Both the position numbers and the translations under genes were made by a program. Below are positions 62,213 through 64,000 of a stretch of DNA of 64,000 bases, in pieces (within the stretch, counting starts at the first letter, position 1; every line of letters begins with the position of its first letter). Below the pieces are notes generated by a model, which was not told the DNA's origin, did not search any database, and was given only the letters and a program-made list of their open reading frames with translations. Source of the stretch: an uncultured Chloroflexia bacterium (GTDB lineage Bacteria > Chloroflexota > Limnocylindria > QHBO01); contig CAWGTN010000001.1 of NCBI GenBank assembly GCA_963825525.1, positions 1 through 64,000 on the forward strand, in the 5' to 3' direction.

Positions 62213-63164
62213 TCAGCGGGCGCGGGCGGCCTCGCGCTCGAGGATCTGCGCCCGCTTGGCCTCGAACCGCGACGCCTGGGCGTCGAGGTTGGTGAGGAAC
62301 GCGCGAAGCTCGGTGCGGCGCCGCTCGGCCGACGGGTCAATGCCCTCGAGTTCGAAGACGCCCCAATGCGCCAGGAGCGGCCAGACGACGTCGTCGTGAT
62401 GGACCCGCAGGTCGTAGATACCGGCCTTCGCCATCTGGGCGGCCTTGCGGGTGAAGTTCACCATCCCTGATCCGGGCATCTGGAAGTCCATGATCTCGTC
62501 CGCGATCGCATGCACGGCGGCGGACGGGATCGATCTTCATGGCCTCCGACAGCATGTCCCGATAGAAGACCATGTGAAGGTTTTCGTCGGATGCGATGCG
62601 GGTCATGATCCTGTCCGCCACCGGGTCGGACGAGTAGCGCCCCGTGTTGCGGTGGCTGATCCGCGTCGCCAGCTCCTGGAACGCCACGTAGGCCAGGCCG
62701 CGCAGGACGTTGCCACCATCATCGTGGTCATAGGCGGTCTGCAGCTGGTTCATGCGTCCGCGCTCCAGCGCAATCGGATCGATGTTGCGGGTCACCACGA
62801 GGTAGTCGCGCAGCACGATGGCATGGCGCCCTTCCTCGGCGGTCCATCGGTTCACCCAGTTGATCCACGGGCCGTCGCCGCGGCCGAACATTCGGTGGAT
62901 CTCGCGGTGATAGCTCGGCAGGTTGTCCTCGGTCAGGAGGTTGACCTCGAACGCGATCTGCGCCACGCCGCTGATGCGGGGCTGGTCCGGCGTCCAGGGA
63001 TCCTTGTCGAAATCACGGCCCATCGAATACGGGATGTAGTCGTGTGGGAACCACTCCTTGGCCATGCCGAGGTGGCGGTTCAGCAGCATCTCGGCCGCGG
63101 GCTCGAGCTCGGTCAGGAGGTCGCGGGGAGGCGTGAAGGAGGGGGTCTCGATCTGGGTCGTCAT
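62213..63164 (-). CDS. Acyl-ACP desaturase (DesA-like; frameshift near 62520)
   Basis: LLTEDNLPSY, WTAEEGRH, FQELAT, DENLH diiron motifs; FQMPG in the next frame. Confidence 0.9.
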
Positions 63165-63265
63165 CGGGTGCTCCGGTAGCGGGAAGGCGCACCGCTGACC
63201 GACGCGCAGGAATGATACGTTTGAAGTTTATCGTCGCATGAATCGGGCCAACATGCGCGTCGGCC

Positions 63266-63685
63266 TCAGGTTCGTCGTTGATCCTCGCCGTGGATGCCGC
63301 GCCCCTCGAGCAGGCGGACGAGACCGTCGATGTCGTCGACCGTGACCGTGAGTGACTCCATTCGTCCACCAAGGACGTAGCGAGAGGGGACCCATTCCTC
63401 GAAGCACAGGCACACTCCGCCATGCGTGCTGGTGCCGAAGGTGAAGCCCCGATCGGCGCCGGACGCGTGCGGGCCGATCGCCCTCCAGAAGCGATAGGGC
63501 CCGGTGATCAGGTACCCGCTCACGTTTTCCATCGGCGTCTCGAGGCTGAACGGGCCGAATCGGGCCAGCAGGCGTCCGTCGGCGGTGATGGTGACCTGGG
63601 CTGCGCCCGGCTTGACGCCGAGGAGTCGGAGCGGCCACCGCCACGGATTGGCGAATCTCAGGGGAAAGGTCGCGTCCCCGCTCAT
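63266..63685 (-). CDS. Hypothetical protein (PH-like fold suspected)
   Basis: ARFGPF, ITGPY, DRGFTFG, LTVTVDD. Confidence 0.65.
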   Translation of the reverse strand: MSGDATFPLRFANPWRWPLRLLGVKPGAAQVTITADGRLLARFGPFSLETPMENVSGYLITGPYRFWRAIGPHASGADRGFTFGTSTHGGVCLCFEEWVPSRYVLGGRMESLTVTVDDIDGLVRLLEGRGIHGEDQRRT

Positions 63686-63690
63686 GACGG

Positions 63691-64000
63691 TCAGGGGTAG
63701 AGGCCGCGCAGGGTCGTGGCCTCGGCCACCCGACCCACCGCGACCATCATCGCCGCGGCGCGCAGGTCGACCTTCTGGGCTTCGGCCATCGCGCGGACCC
63801 CGGCCATCGCCTCGTCCATGATGCGATCGAGCTGTGCCGTGATCTCGTCCCGCGACCAGAAGAACGCCTGCATGTCCTGCACCCACTCGAAGTAGCCGAG
63901 CACCGTCCCGCCCGATGTGCAGATGATGTCCGGGATGACCGTCACGCCACGGTCGGCGAGGATCGCGTCGGCCGACGGGGTGACTCCGCCGTTCGCCACC
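63691..64000 (-). CDS. Glu/Leu/Phe/Val dehydrogenase, C-terminal part (5'-partial)
   Basis: ANG, IPDI...GG...YFEWVQ, LRAAA, RGLYP terminus. Confidence 0.88.
   Translation of the reverse strand, partial: VANGGVTPSADAILADRGVTVIPDIICTSGGTVLGYFEWVQDMQAFFWSRDEITAQLDRIMDEAMAGVRAMAEAQKVDLRAAAMMVAVGRVAEATTLRGLYP

Overview
High-GC bacterial chromosomal window. A Trp T-box, an MshC-like ligase and the gene mix suggest Chloroflexota (possibly Limnocylindria-like) rather than Actinomycetota; this is inference. The left end holds a polymorphic toxin C-terminus with an immunity gene. The rest contains a LacI-controlled sugar ABC/debranching locus, polyamine and peptide ABC transporters, tRNA-Arg(TCT), a T-box-controlled trpD / trpC-trpF-trpB fusion / trpA operon, and many metabolic genes. 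At least ten genes carry frameshifts that look like long-read indel errors. The main novel signal: two unrelated genes about 10 kb apart (a BtrH-like protein at 1097-2470 on the minus strand and a WD40 protein at 13005-13982 on the plus strand) share a cassette. It consists of a sigma70-type promoter, a ~165-nt structured leader RNA with covarying stems and an AAAGGGGAU motif, and a 26-aa basic N-terminal peptide (MTxxKxxKxxxRxRMAxTGExYxxAR). This looks like a portable RNA-peptide module attached to different effector domains.
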